NCBI GenBank assembly: GCA_963841565.1
Contig: CAWJCY010000008.1
Span: 1 to 64,000, forward strand
Direction of reading: 5' to 3'
From: an uncultured Nitrososphaerales archaeon
GTDB taxonomy: Archaea > Thermoproteota > Nitrososphaeria > Nitrososphaerales > Nitrososphaeraceae
Length of the DNA: 64,000 nucleotides
Shown here: positions 55,565-64,000 of the stretch, piece by piece
Position numbering within the stretch: the first letter of the stretch is position 1
Layout: every line of letters begins with the position of its first letter
Translations under genes and position numbers: made by a program
Notes under the pieces: model-generated
Database searches by the model: none
What the model saw: only the letters and a program-made list of their open reading frames with translations
What the model was told of the DNA's origin: nothing

Positions 55565-55846
55565 ATGCCTAGGCCCCAAACAAAAAAAAGTGGTGCAAAG
55601 AAAAGCTCAGGGGGATTAGACAAACGGTTATCTACACGGACAAAAAAACAAATAGATTCATTGCCGGAACATGCACAACATATATACAAAAAGGCACATG
55701 ATAATGCCATCGAACAATACCAAAATCCTGAAAAAAGACGCGGTGGTAAGAGTGAAAGCGCTGAAGAAGTAGCACACAAAGTTTCGTGGGCAGCAGTTAA
55801 GAGAAATTATAAAAAGAAAGGAGATCAGTGGGTTAAGAAAGTATGA
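55565..55846 (+). CDS. chaB: ChaB family protein
   Basis: LPEHAQHIYKKA...EEVAHKVSWAAVK..Y.K.GD.W. Confidence 0.92.
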   Translation: MPRPQTKKSGAKKSSGGLDKRLSTRTKKQIDSLPEHAQHIYKKAHDNAIEQYQNPEKRRGGKSESAEEVAHKVSWAAVKRNYKKKGDQWVKKV

Positions 55847-56244
55847 TCCTCACCTGGTGACGGGGCGGATACATAGTTGCGACGATTGCAACGGCACTTG
55901 ATTATTGTTTCACGTTTTATTGCTACACTTTGGCGAATCACGAATGCATCTCTGGCATAATAACGTACATACTAAGGGAAGGCAGAGTTTAACTTTAATA
56001 GTGAACGATGGAAAAAATCTATACTCTCAAGTTGTTCTGACTATTAGGTGCCCACAACATTCGATTCATGACATAAGGATCTTGAATTATGCACGTATTC
56101 CATTAGATCTATTTGTCAATTAAGGATATGATTTTCATTGTGCTTTATTCTACATTATGATTTATGCAGAAAATCCTTCCTTTTTAACCATCAATGTAAA
56201 TTGTTGTATCGTAAAGTATTATATAAAATGTTGATATCCTGTAC

Positions 56245-56484
56245 TTGATGACTAGAAATTTGAAATTCTTAGGAATAGGCGCATGCCTACTAGCCGCTGC
56301 AGTTATTGTTATGGGTGTATCGGCTATAACGCCAGATGCAGTGGCTCAGAACACTACCGAAAAAGGCACCGGTGGGGGACTAGGTGTACCTCAGAACGCA
56401 ACGGGTTCTCAATCATCGCCCGAAGCTATGAATAATACTCTAACACCCATGGGTCCTGAAAATGAAACCGTAATTACAAACTAG
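56245..56484 (+). CDS. Small secreted protein
   Basis: Signal peptide ending AVAQ; NxT sequons; T-tract downstream. Confidence 0.65.
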   Translation: MMTRNLKFLGIGACLLAAAVIVMGVSAITPDAVAQNTTEKGTGGGLGVPQNATGSQSSPEAMNNTLTPMGPENETVITN

Positions 56485-56647
56485 AGAAAACACAGAATCT
56501 ATTCAATATTTTTTTAATTTCAACATTAATAAAAGACGGTTGTAGCATTAACTTTTTTTATACGCATAATGCTGCAATACCATATTTGGATCATGCAGTA
56601 ATGCGCGGTGATATGCTCTGCCGAACTATTGTATTTTAAGGTGCCAA

Positions 56648-57133
56648 TCACTTCATACCATAAATCTTAGAAATATCCCATGACAGGATTTTTATTGGTT
56701 TGACAAGCAATATGTGTCTCGGCAAGTTTATACTAAATTGAACCATCGGATTATTAAGCGCCTCCTTGCCAACATATCTTTCATACATCTCTATTGCAAC
56801 TGTGTGATCAATGTCATCTTTTATCTCTACCTTGCCTTCGATTATCACAGCCTTGCCATTAAGAAATGAAATATTTCCAGGTTTTCCTTCAATAATATCT
56901 ATCACAATAGAAACATACGGATTCTCCTTGAGGTTCCTGACTTTTTTCGTATCTTTAGTGACTGTTATGACGATATATGTTCCGTCATAATAATACCAAA
57001 CTGGCACGACGTGCGGTCTTCCCTTGTTAGCGGTCGCCATTCTCGCGATTCTTGGAACAGAAAGAAATGAGTCTATCTCCTCATTTGACATCGCCATTGA
57101 AGACATCCATTTTTTCAGATCTTTCGAGGACAA
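56648..57133 (-). CDS. Pyridoxamine 5'-phosphate oxidase-like (PPOX, F420/FMN-binding) protein
   Basis: ARMAT..GRPHVVPVWY...K..NL..NP.V. Confidence 0.85.
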   Translation of the reverse strand: MSSKDLKKWMSSMAMSNEEIDSFLSVPRIARMATANKGRPHVVPVWYYYDGTYIVITVTKDTKKVRNLKENPYVSIVIDIIEGKPGNISFLNGKAVIIEGKVEIKDDIDHTVAIEMYERYVGKEALNNPMVQFSINLPRHILLVKPIKILSWDISKIYGMK

Positions 57134-57385
57134 AATTAGGTACGATTTAAAGAAAGATGTAACGATATTTAAGTGAAGGCAATATTCTGCTGTATTGAAT
57201 ATATTGCGTTGAGGTAAGAGTCCCTTGGCTGATGTGTATGCTGATTCTTCGTATGTAAATTAATTTTAGAATCTGAGTTTTGGTATTACGCCAACGAGAG
57301 TTACTAGATAACAGTAATTTACAGATTTCTAATACGGGATTAAGGAGAATTAGTGCCGCCTAAATGAAAATTGCCTACCACACAC

Positions 57386-58576
57386 CTACCTGTTACTCCC
57401 AAGAAAATCCGTTATTCTCAACTGTGCCTTCTTATGTTCGAAGATTTTACTACCTCTAATCCACTCTCCTTTCGAAACAGATAAATTCATACACGCAAAG
57501 GACAACGCTTTTTCAAAGCTCTCAAATTGCATTTTTTTCGCTTTCAACGCTTCCCTGACTCCCTCTCTCACCTGCCATACTCCCACCGGCATGACATATT
57601 CTGAATGAATTTCTCTTAAGATTAATGCTGCTGCTTTTCTTCCTCTTTTTGAGAGGTGTTCTGCAACACCTAGTCTTGCAGCAAAGTATGCACCTGCTAT
57701 AGAAGGATAATGGTCTAAACCTCTTGCATCTTCGAAATCAAGTCCCATCCCCAAGTTTCCATTGTTGTCAAACCATACCTCTTTCATTTCAAAGCTCCAA
57801 ACGTCATCAGGGATCAATATAACAGAGTAGTAGTTACCAAGATGCGAATAATTATAAACTTCAAAAAAATCTATTTGGGCATTTGATACTAAGCTTCTTA
57901 TCAAGGAAACAGAAATTATATCATCTGTTGCAGAGATGCTCCATCGTGTAGGGACAAGTCTTCTGTTTTTTTGTATGCCTAGCATTCCTACGCTAAGAAC
58001 TCGATGAATTCTGCTAACCTCCACTTCTTTTTTGTAGAGTTCAACGACAGCTTCGGCTGCGTGCAAATCCTTATCGTAATAGACCTTCTCCAACCGTCTA
58101 TCTATTGAAAGTGATGCTGTTTTGAAACCCTTTAAAGGCGCTATTGGACCAAATGGGGCAGATTCACCTAAGTCCTTTTCTTGTTCTATGTCTGTAATTG
58201 GTTTTTTTTCAAACAACAGTTCACTTTCAGCTGATTTTGTAGCCATAGCCAATTCCTGTAAAGATTCAATATATCTTCCAGAAGTAACATGGGCATTAAC
58301 GTCTGATACTCCTCTTACCAGAGACAGACGATAGTTAACAATATCTTCAAGACTTTTACCAAGCCACATCTCTGGTTTATCAAGTACAGTAGTGTCGCCA
58401 TGGAACGGTGGCACCATTGGTCCCACCTTTACCTTGGGATAGCCGTAGCGTCCAATAAAAACAGAAGGAGGCGTGGCACCCGCAAGTGTCTCTGAACTCA
58501 ATTTTGACGAATTTGTACTAAGAAACTCAATCCAGTTATCTTCTAATCGCTTCCTGATTTCATTAGCAGTAGCCAC
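57386..58576 (-). CDS. nre: Nre family DNA repair protein
   Basis: PPSVFIGRYGYPKV, LVPTRWSISA.D, GAYFAARL and PVGVWQVRE motifs; C-terminal PIP box QLRITDF. Confidence 0.92.
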   Translation of the reverse strand: MATANEIRKRLEDNWIEFLSTNSSKLSSETLAGATPPSVFIGRYGYPKVKVGPMVPPFHGDTTVLDKPEMWLGKSLEDIVNYRLSLVRGVSDVNAHVTSGRYIESLQELAMATKSAESELLFEKKPITDIEQEKDLGESAPFGPIAPLKGFKTASLSIDRRLEKVYYDKDLHAAEAVVELYKKEVEVSRIHRVLSVGMLGIQKNRRLVPTRWSISATDDIISVSLIRSLVSNAQIDFFEVYNYSHLGNYYSVILIPDDVWSFEMKEVWFDNNGNLGMGLDFEDARGLDHYPSIAGAYFAARLGVAEHLSKRGRKAAALILREIHSEYVMPVGVWQVREGVREALKAKKMQFESFEKALSFACMNLSVSKGEWIRGSKIFEHKKAQLRITDFLGSNR

Positions 58577-58632
58577 AACTTTACTGATGATTCGACATTA
58601 GGGATAATTCAACCTATCGAGTCCGTATTGAG

Positions 58633-58662
58633 TGCGGTCACCGGAAATCGAATCTGTATTAC
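58633..58662 (-). other. Degenerate tRNA 3'-half (possible att scar)
   Basis: Minus strand GTAATACAGATTCGATTTCCGGTGACCGCA resembles a T-arm plus acceptor 3' strand (Gly-like ...GACCGCA); no 5' half present. Confidence 0.4.
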
Positions 58663-59187
58663 ACGCCCAATGCAGTCCAGAAAAATTTGTTAACTTAAAC
58701 TAGTATATTTGACCTTCAACTGCCGTGCGTCTGATACGTGCTCTAGGCCCTTTGCAGATTTTATCTCTGATTACGAAATGCCCACTAGGATCTTTTTCAT
58801 CTTGTCCTGAAAATTGGATGAACGACGCAGGAGATACTAAGCTTTGAAGGATAAATTTTTGAAAATTTCAGTCTTCTTTCTATTTTCAATCTCGCACGTT
58901 AAATGTAAAAGAATGAAAACAATTCATATCCTAAAGTCAATTTCAAGTCAAGATGAATAGGTAAATATTCATCCAACAATACAATCGAGCTATGAAGTGC
59001 ATAAGAAAAGAATTCAACAAGAGTAGTTTACTTCGGAACGATTGTAGACCAGTATACTCAGGGAGATTTCTGATTCTTGTCATAGACTTATTCTGTCGAA
59101 CCAACACAATATGTGGTTATATTATTTCCCTTGGATAGTGGTCGTCCAGTCGATAATAAATTCATAAGATAATGTAATGGACTAAAA

Positions 59188-59388
59188 TTAGTCTCCTTGC
59201 CTAGGTTCCTCGTCCTCAAATTCCTCTCCTCCAAGAGGGACCTCTTTCTTTAGCTCTCCTTGGCTTTCTAACTCCTCAATTACTTTTTCCTCCTCATCAA
59301 TGTTTGCTCTATTTTTTGTCTCAGGTCCCATCTTTCTTTTGACTTCTGATGCCTTAGTCATTATTATTATTATAGCATTGGACGACAT
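59188..59388 (-). CDS. Small acidic hypothetical protein
   Basis: Hydrophilic Glu-rich ORF; start probably MTKASE. Confidence 0.5.
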   Translation of the reverse strand: MSSNAIIIIMTKASEVKRKMGPETKNRANIDEEEKVIEELESQGELKKEVPLGGEEFEDEEPRQGD

Positions 59389-59873
59389 TTTATTTGTTGA
59401 TTAGCATCCATTTTTCCCACTCGCTTCAATCACCGTCCTCTCAAGTACTTTTAAGAGTCAATATAGCGGCGTCAATATGCCTTATCTCTTATAATTAGAA
59501 AGAAAAAAAGGGAGATAAAGCCTCAAATTACGTCATATTAGACCTAAATTCATAATTCCTACTATTAACAAGTGATGCAAATGATATTTTATTCCGAAGT
59601 TAGATCCAGAGCATTATGGAAGGTATTTTCATTATTCTTCGAAATAAATAGTCAAAAATATATCCGATGATAAACAGTAGAGCACACCCGAACCGCGGGA
59701 ACAAGGTGTAGCCCATTTTTGAACTTAAGCATTAAGCACTGCTAATACCCCCCATACTTGAGTATGCTTTCAATTTTTATTTGCATAGTCAAATTTTGAA
59801 GAAAAAGATCTGATACAGTACTGTCACAATCATCTTATACAAGCAGGTATTCATTTTACTTCATAAGGGACTT

Positions 59874-61694
59874 ATGAACTTAGAAATTGCGAGAATATTC
59901 AGAGAAATAGCATATATTTTGGAAATGGGGATAACCGAAAAGGGCAAAGAAGATCAAAAAACAAAACTAGGACTGATTTTTAAAATCAGGTCTTATAGAA
60001 GGGCGGCAGACGTGATAGAGAATCTCAATCCTGAGATAGATCAATTATACAAAACAGAGAAACTAGACGGGCTTTTGAAATTACCTTCTATCGGTAAAGC
60101 AATCGCCTTGAAACTTGAAGAATATATTAACACAGGTAAGCTCAGATATTACGAAGATCTAAAGAAGAACATTCCGATAAATGTTAGCGAATTCATGAAT
60201 TTGGAGGGGATAGGTCCGAAAACAATCATAGCGCTTTACAACTCGCTAAAAATTCATAATATCTCTGAATTAGAAAGAGCAGCTAATGAAGGCAAAATTA
60301 GGAAGATTGCTGGTTTTTCTCAAAAGCGAGAAGAAGTAATTCTTAAAAGAATCCAGTTTTTTAAGAAAGGCAAAGAAAGACGATTAATTGGTGATATATA
60401 CCCGCTTGTTAAGGAAATCGAGGAACGACTTACAAGTATTGCAGGAATTAAAGATGCCATTGCAGCTGGTTCTTTTAGAAGAATGAAGGAAACAGTTGGA
60501 GACATTGATTTCTTGGTTTCGGTAGCAGAAAAATCTGAGAGTACTACGAAAACCAAGATAATTGAATATTTTACCAGCATGCCTGAGGTTAGAGAAATAA
60601 TCGGCAAAGGATCTGCCAAAACATTCGTTAGGCTCAGAAATGGGATACAAGCAGATCTGCTAGTAGTCCCTGAAGATAGTTTCGGTGCAGCGCTTCAGTA
60701 TTTCACAGGAAGCAAAGAGCATGGCGTAGCCTTGAGGAAAGTAGCCCTTACAAGAGGTTTCAAGTTAAATGAGTGGGGAGTATTTGATAGTAACAATCAT
60801 AAAGTTGCAGGTAGAACGGAAGAAGAAGTATACCAATTCTTAGGCTTGGAATGGATTCCTCCAGAGATTCGAGAAAATAAAGGAGAGATAGAGCTCGCAG
60901 CTAAAAAGAAAGGCAATCAATCCAAGAAGGGATATAAAGGAAAAAAAGCAAATCTACCTCAATTAATTGATTATAACGATTTGCAAGGAGATCTCCAAGT
61001 TCACAGCAACTATACTGACGGAGCTTTCTCAATAGAAGAAATGGCACAAAATGCAAGGGTTAGGTTTGGGTTGAAATACATAGCTTTATCGGATCACACG
61101 GCAAGCCTCAAGTTAGCTAATGGTCTTGATGGGGAACAATTACTAGAACAGTCAAATAAAATTGCAGAAATCAACGATGAAAATAAGGAGACAGGCTTTC
61201 GCATTCTTTCCGGTGCAGAGGTAAATATACAAAAAGATGGATCTCTTGATATTCCCAATAATGTACTAGACAGACTGGACATTGTAGGGGCTGCCATTCA
61301 TTCTAATTTTTCCTTACCTGTCGATATCCAAACTAATAGATTGTTAGAAGCAGCAAAAAATCCAAGTGTTGACATTATTTTTCATCCAACCGGCAGAATA
61401 ATCAATAGACGAGACGGGTATCCCGTAGATATTGCCAGGCTAATCGAAACTGCAAGGGACACAAACACTGTTCTTGAAATAGACGCACACTATAATAGGC
61501 TTGATCTCAAAGATGAATACATAAGGATGGCAGTCAACAACGATGTAAAACTAGTTATCGATTCAGATGCACACCATCCTTTGCATTTTGCTTTCTTGAG
61601 ATTTGGCATTGGCCAGGCAAGAAGAGGGTGGGCCGAGAAACCGAGTATCCTAAATGCTCTACCCGTTGGTCAGTTGCTAGATAGTTTAAAGTAA
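59874..61694 (+). CDS. polX: DNA polymerase X with PHP domain
   Basis: HhH motifs (LPSIGK, GIGPK), GSFRR..ETVGDID, YFTGSK.H; PHP motifs DLQVHS, SDH, HPTGR and DSDAH. Confidence 0.95.
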   Translation: MNLEIARIFREIAYILEMGITEKGKEDQKTKLGLIFKIRSYRRAADVIENLNPEIDQLYKTEKLDGLLKLPSIGKAIALKLEEYINTGKLRYYEDLKKNIPINVSEFMNLEGIGPKTIIALYNSLKIHNISELERAANEGKIRKIAGFSQKREEVILKRIQFFKKGKERRLIGDIYPLVKEIEERLTSIAGIKDAIAAGSFRRMKETVGDIDFLVSVAEKSESTTKTKIIEYFTSMPEVREIIGKGSAKTFVRLRNGIQADLLVVPEDSFGAALQYFTGSKEHGVALRKVALTRGFKLNEWGVFDSNNHKVAGRTEEEVYQFLGLEWIPPEIRENKGEIELAAKKKGNQSKKGYKGKKANLPQLIDYNDLQGDLQVHSNYTDGAFSIEEMAQNARVRFGLKYIALSDHTASLKLANGLDGEQLLEQSNKIAEINDENKETGFRILSGAEVNIQKDGSLDIPNNVLDRLDIVGAAIHSNFSLPVDIQTNRLLEAAKNPSVDIIFHPTGRIINRRDGYPVDIARLIETARDTNTVLEIDAHYNRLDLKDEYIRMAVNNDVKLVIDSDAHHPLHFAFLRFGIGQARRGWAEKPSILNALPVGQLLDSLK

Positions 61695-61896
61695 ATATAG
61701 ATCACTAACCTGTGCGTGTTTGAAATTTATTGAGTCTATCTTTGAAGCATTGTCAAAAGGAGGTAGATTTTAAACTAGATATGCATTGCATTACCACTCG
61801 AAATTTAGCTCGATACGTGAATGCAACGTAATATTCCCTTTTTAACACTCATTAAACAAACAGGTAAGAGCAAATTTAATACTTCAATGAAATAAG

Positions 61897-62880
61897 TCAT
61901 CCATACATTAGATTCTCTTCATTTTGGCCTGTCCCATTTTTGTCCATCGATTTCTGCTGATTCCGTATGGATCTTGCAATTTTTTCAAGGTTCTTCTTGA
62001 CCTGATTTCCCTGTTGTCTTAACTGAGCGACATCGATTCTCAATTCGTCGTAATTTGTTATATCTGCAAGTGTTTCAAGTATTACAGCAGCGCCTTCAGG
62101 ATCCGGAATGCCACTTAATGATGGGACAAGGATTGCACTGCATGGGATATTGTTGGAAATACAGGAGGACAACAAACCGCCAGATATCCCACCAATATAT
62201 GTAGGTCCTAAATTGTTAGAAGGTTCACTGTACTCTGATATGATTTCATTGCCGATTCCATCTTGGCTTGTTTCACTCGATTGCTTTAGACTCCCATCAA
62301 ATGCGTTCAATTTATTGATTAGAGTATGATTCTCTTCGGTGTTTGAGAGTATGAATGGCTTTCTTTTGGATTGTGGTATGCCTTGCATTGGCATCCCTTC
62401 TAGAACTAATACGTTGGTTACATTACTGTCTAACGCCCATTTCATGACTGCATCGAGAACACGATGAATGCCCTGAACCAATATCGGGGTTTCACAAACA
62501 AGAACACAAATAGTTCCTTCGTGATTAGCGTACAGTCTAAAAGGGTGCCTTAGCTTTCCTCCAACATAAATTACACCTGGCATAATAAATTCTGATTCGA
62601 CGCATGCTATCTGTCGCATCCTTAAAGACTCTATAATGAAACTTGTACCTATAGAGCCAATTAGGCCAGGACCTGGAAATCCTGCAATAAGGAGGGGATT
62701 ATTCAGCTTTACTGGTCCTTCTTTTCCTGAGATTGTTGAATTTATTTCTGTTGTACGCCAGTTGCCACCTATGGGTCCGCCGCGTGCCTTGCCCATGGCT
62801 GACCTGATCGCAGGCTGGCCATATTTTGGTCTTTGATTACTATTATGAGTATTATTATTACCTTTTTTACTTTGTGCCAA
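61897..62880 (-). CDS. PAC2 family proteasome assembly chaperone
   Basis: LIAGFPGPGLIG, HPFRLY, GGISG.LL and PDPEGAA motifs; C-terminal MYG (HbYX-like). Confidence 0.88.
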   Translation of the reverse strand: MAQSKKGNNNTHNSNQRPKYGQPAIRSAMGKARGGPIGGNWRTTEINSTISGKEGPVKLNNPLLIAGFPGPGLIGSIGTSFIIESLRMRQIACVESEFIMPGVIYVGGKLRHPFRLYANHEGTICVLVCETPILVQGIHRVLDAVMKWALDSNVTNVLVLEGMPMQGIPQSKRKPFILSNTEENHTLINKLNAFDGSLKQSSETSQDGIGNEIISEYSEPSNNLGPTYIGGISGGLLSSCISNNIPCSAILVPSLSGIPDPEGAAVILETLADITNYDELRIDVAQLRQQGNQVKKNLEKIARSIRNQQKSMDKNGTGQNEENLMYG

Positions 62881-63035
62881 TAACGATGTATTAACCTACA
62901 AGACTGATAATTGTTTTTGTATGCAAATGCCATCTCAACGTGCGTACGTTGGTAAGACTCTGGAATTGTTCGCTCCAATTTTCCTATTCAGTCGATAGGT
63001 AATCGTAAGCCGGTTTAGCCCCAGTCTACGGTTAC

Positions 63036-63869
63036 CTAGCTCTGACCACCTTGGACGGTTGCCGTAAATCTTACGGATTCACCAGCTTTTTCACTAGAAC
63101 CAGAAGTTAAGGGGGATTTAATATCGGCTACTGTAATAGTTATTCCACCACTGTAATTAGGATCTAACATGACCCTTATAGGGGCTCGGCCGGCAGTCAA
63201 AGTTTGATCCATTTTGCTCCATAATTCCTTTCCTTGATCATCATAAATCGTAATGTCAAAGCTATCAATTGGCACTATGGGCTCTACGGTGGAGAGATTG
63301 GAAACCTCGCTAGTGATTGATCGCTCGAAATCCATGGTCAAATTACTGTTGTTACCCTGCATCGTTTGAGGAGTCGCTTCTGGTGAACTAGCATTTAAAA
63401 ACAATAATTCAATGTCAAAACCATCTTTTGATAGGATAGCTGGTGACTGAATATCCACAGGGGAACTCCAGCGAAGTTCTACTTTGTAAGTACCTTTATC
63501 CGACACCTCTGTTAAAATTGGTAGTCGAGGTGAACTGGTCTGATTCTCGTTACTTGCAGAGATGTTACCTTGTCCTATGTCTCCTGGCTCATTCGTTTGG
63601 CTCATAGAGCTAGACAAGTTAATGTTACTGCCTTCCAACGATTGATCGCCCGTCGTAGCGTTCGCCTGAGCCAATACGGGAGTTGAGTCGCCCGATTGAT
63701 TGACTGCCAATACAAAAAGCACGACATAAAGCGCGATAAAAACAGAACTCTTTAGACAACAAACAAGTGACAAGAACGGGTTTTTGACGTATCCATTAGT
63801 AGCAATATCATAGTTCAAACCTATTTTTGACATGGTTAGAATATTTTTAGCACAATAGAATATAACCAT
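63036..63869 (-). CDS. Secreted hypothetical protein
   Basis: TM/signal segment, NxS/T-rich linker, SDKGTYKVELRW domain; start codon uncertain. Confidence 0.65.
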   Translation of the reverse strand: MVIFYCAKNILTMSKIGLNYDIATNGYVKNPFLSLVCCLKSSVFIALYVVLFVLAVNQSGDSTPVLAQANATTGDQSLEGSNINLSSSMSQTNEPGDIGQGNISASNENQTSSPRLPILTEVSDKGTYKVELRWSSPVDIQSPAILSKDGFDIELLFLNASSPEATPQTMQGNNSNLTMDFERSITSEVSNLSTVEPIVPIDSFDITIYDDQGKELWSKMDQTLTAGRAPIRVMLDPNYSGGITITVADIKSPLTSGSSEKAGESVRFTATVQGGQS

Positions 63870-64000
63870 TTAACATTTTACCTTTCTTGCTCTCAGAGGA
63901 ATCGAATCCATTCGATACCCCGGCAATTGAATATCTGAATGTACACTTAATGTAAACAGACATAAAGGTACATGAAAAACAGAGTCTGTAACTCTTTTTA

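Noticed and set aside
608-62978. Numerous antisense or overlapping ORFs in the track (e.g. 608-877, 6899-7411, 20138-20575, 33349-33831, 48219-48635)
   Set aside because: They are shadows of well-supported genes on the opposite strand or in another frame

Overview
AT-rich archaeal chromosomal segment, most consistent with a soil ammonia-oxidising archaeon of the Nitrososphaeraceae. This is inferred from two TFB paralogues, Nre, PAC2, archaeal PyrH, stand-alone REC proteins, RHH/wHTH regulators and many N-x-S/T-rich secreted proteins. A few core genes (pyrH, HD-domain dNTPase-like, nre, polX, udg, PAC2) sit among accessory genes and many decayed fragments. No rRNA, intact tRNA, CRISPR array, transposase or integrase was seen. 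Main observations: (1) two homologous ~200-bp non-coding elements made of TGAACG repeats plus GTWWAC palindromes lie in inverted orientation at ~15.7 kb and ~53.2 kb, and the first truncates a HerA-like gene and borders a mosaic of defence/virus-like fragments; (2) a large set of bacterial-type general-stress/desiccation genes (LEA-like, DUF2171/PRC-like x5 domains, ChaB, ferritin-like, DUF892-cyclase fusion, PoxB-like, PLD, Cpo, Dabb, Ku remnant) lies near a duplicated TFB pair; (3) three DtxR-like boxes precede an FTR1-associated-like secreted protein; (4) several microproteins and remnants are missing from the ORF track. Several otherwise intact genes carry single-base frameshifts in short homopolymers that may be assembly errors. 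Family names are from motif recognition, not database searches.
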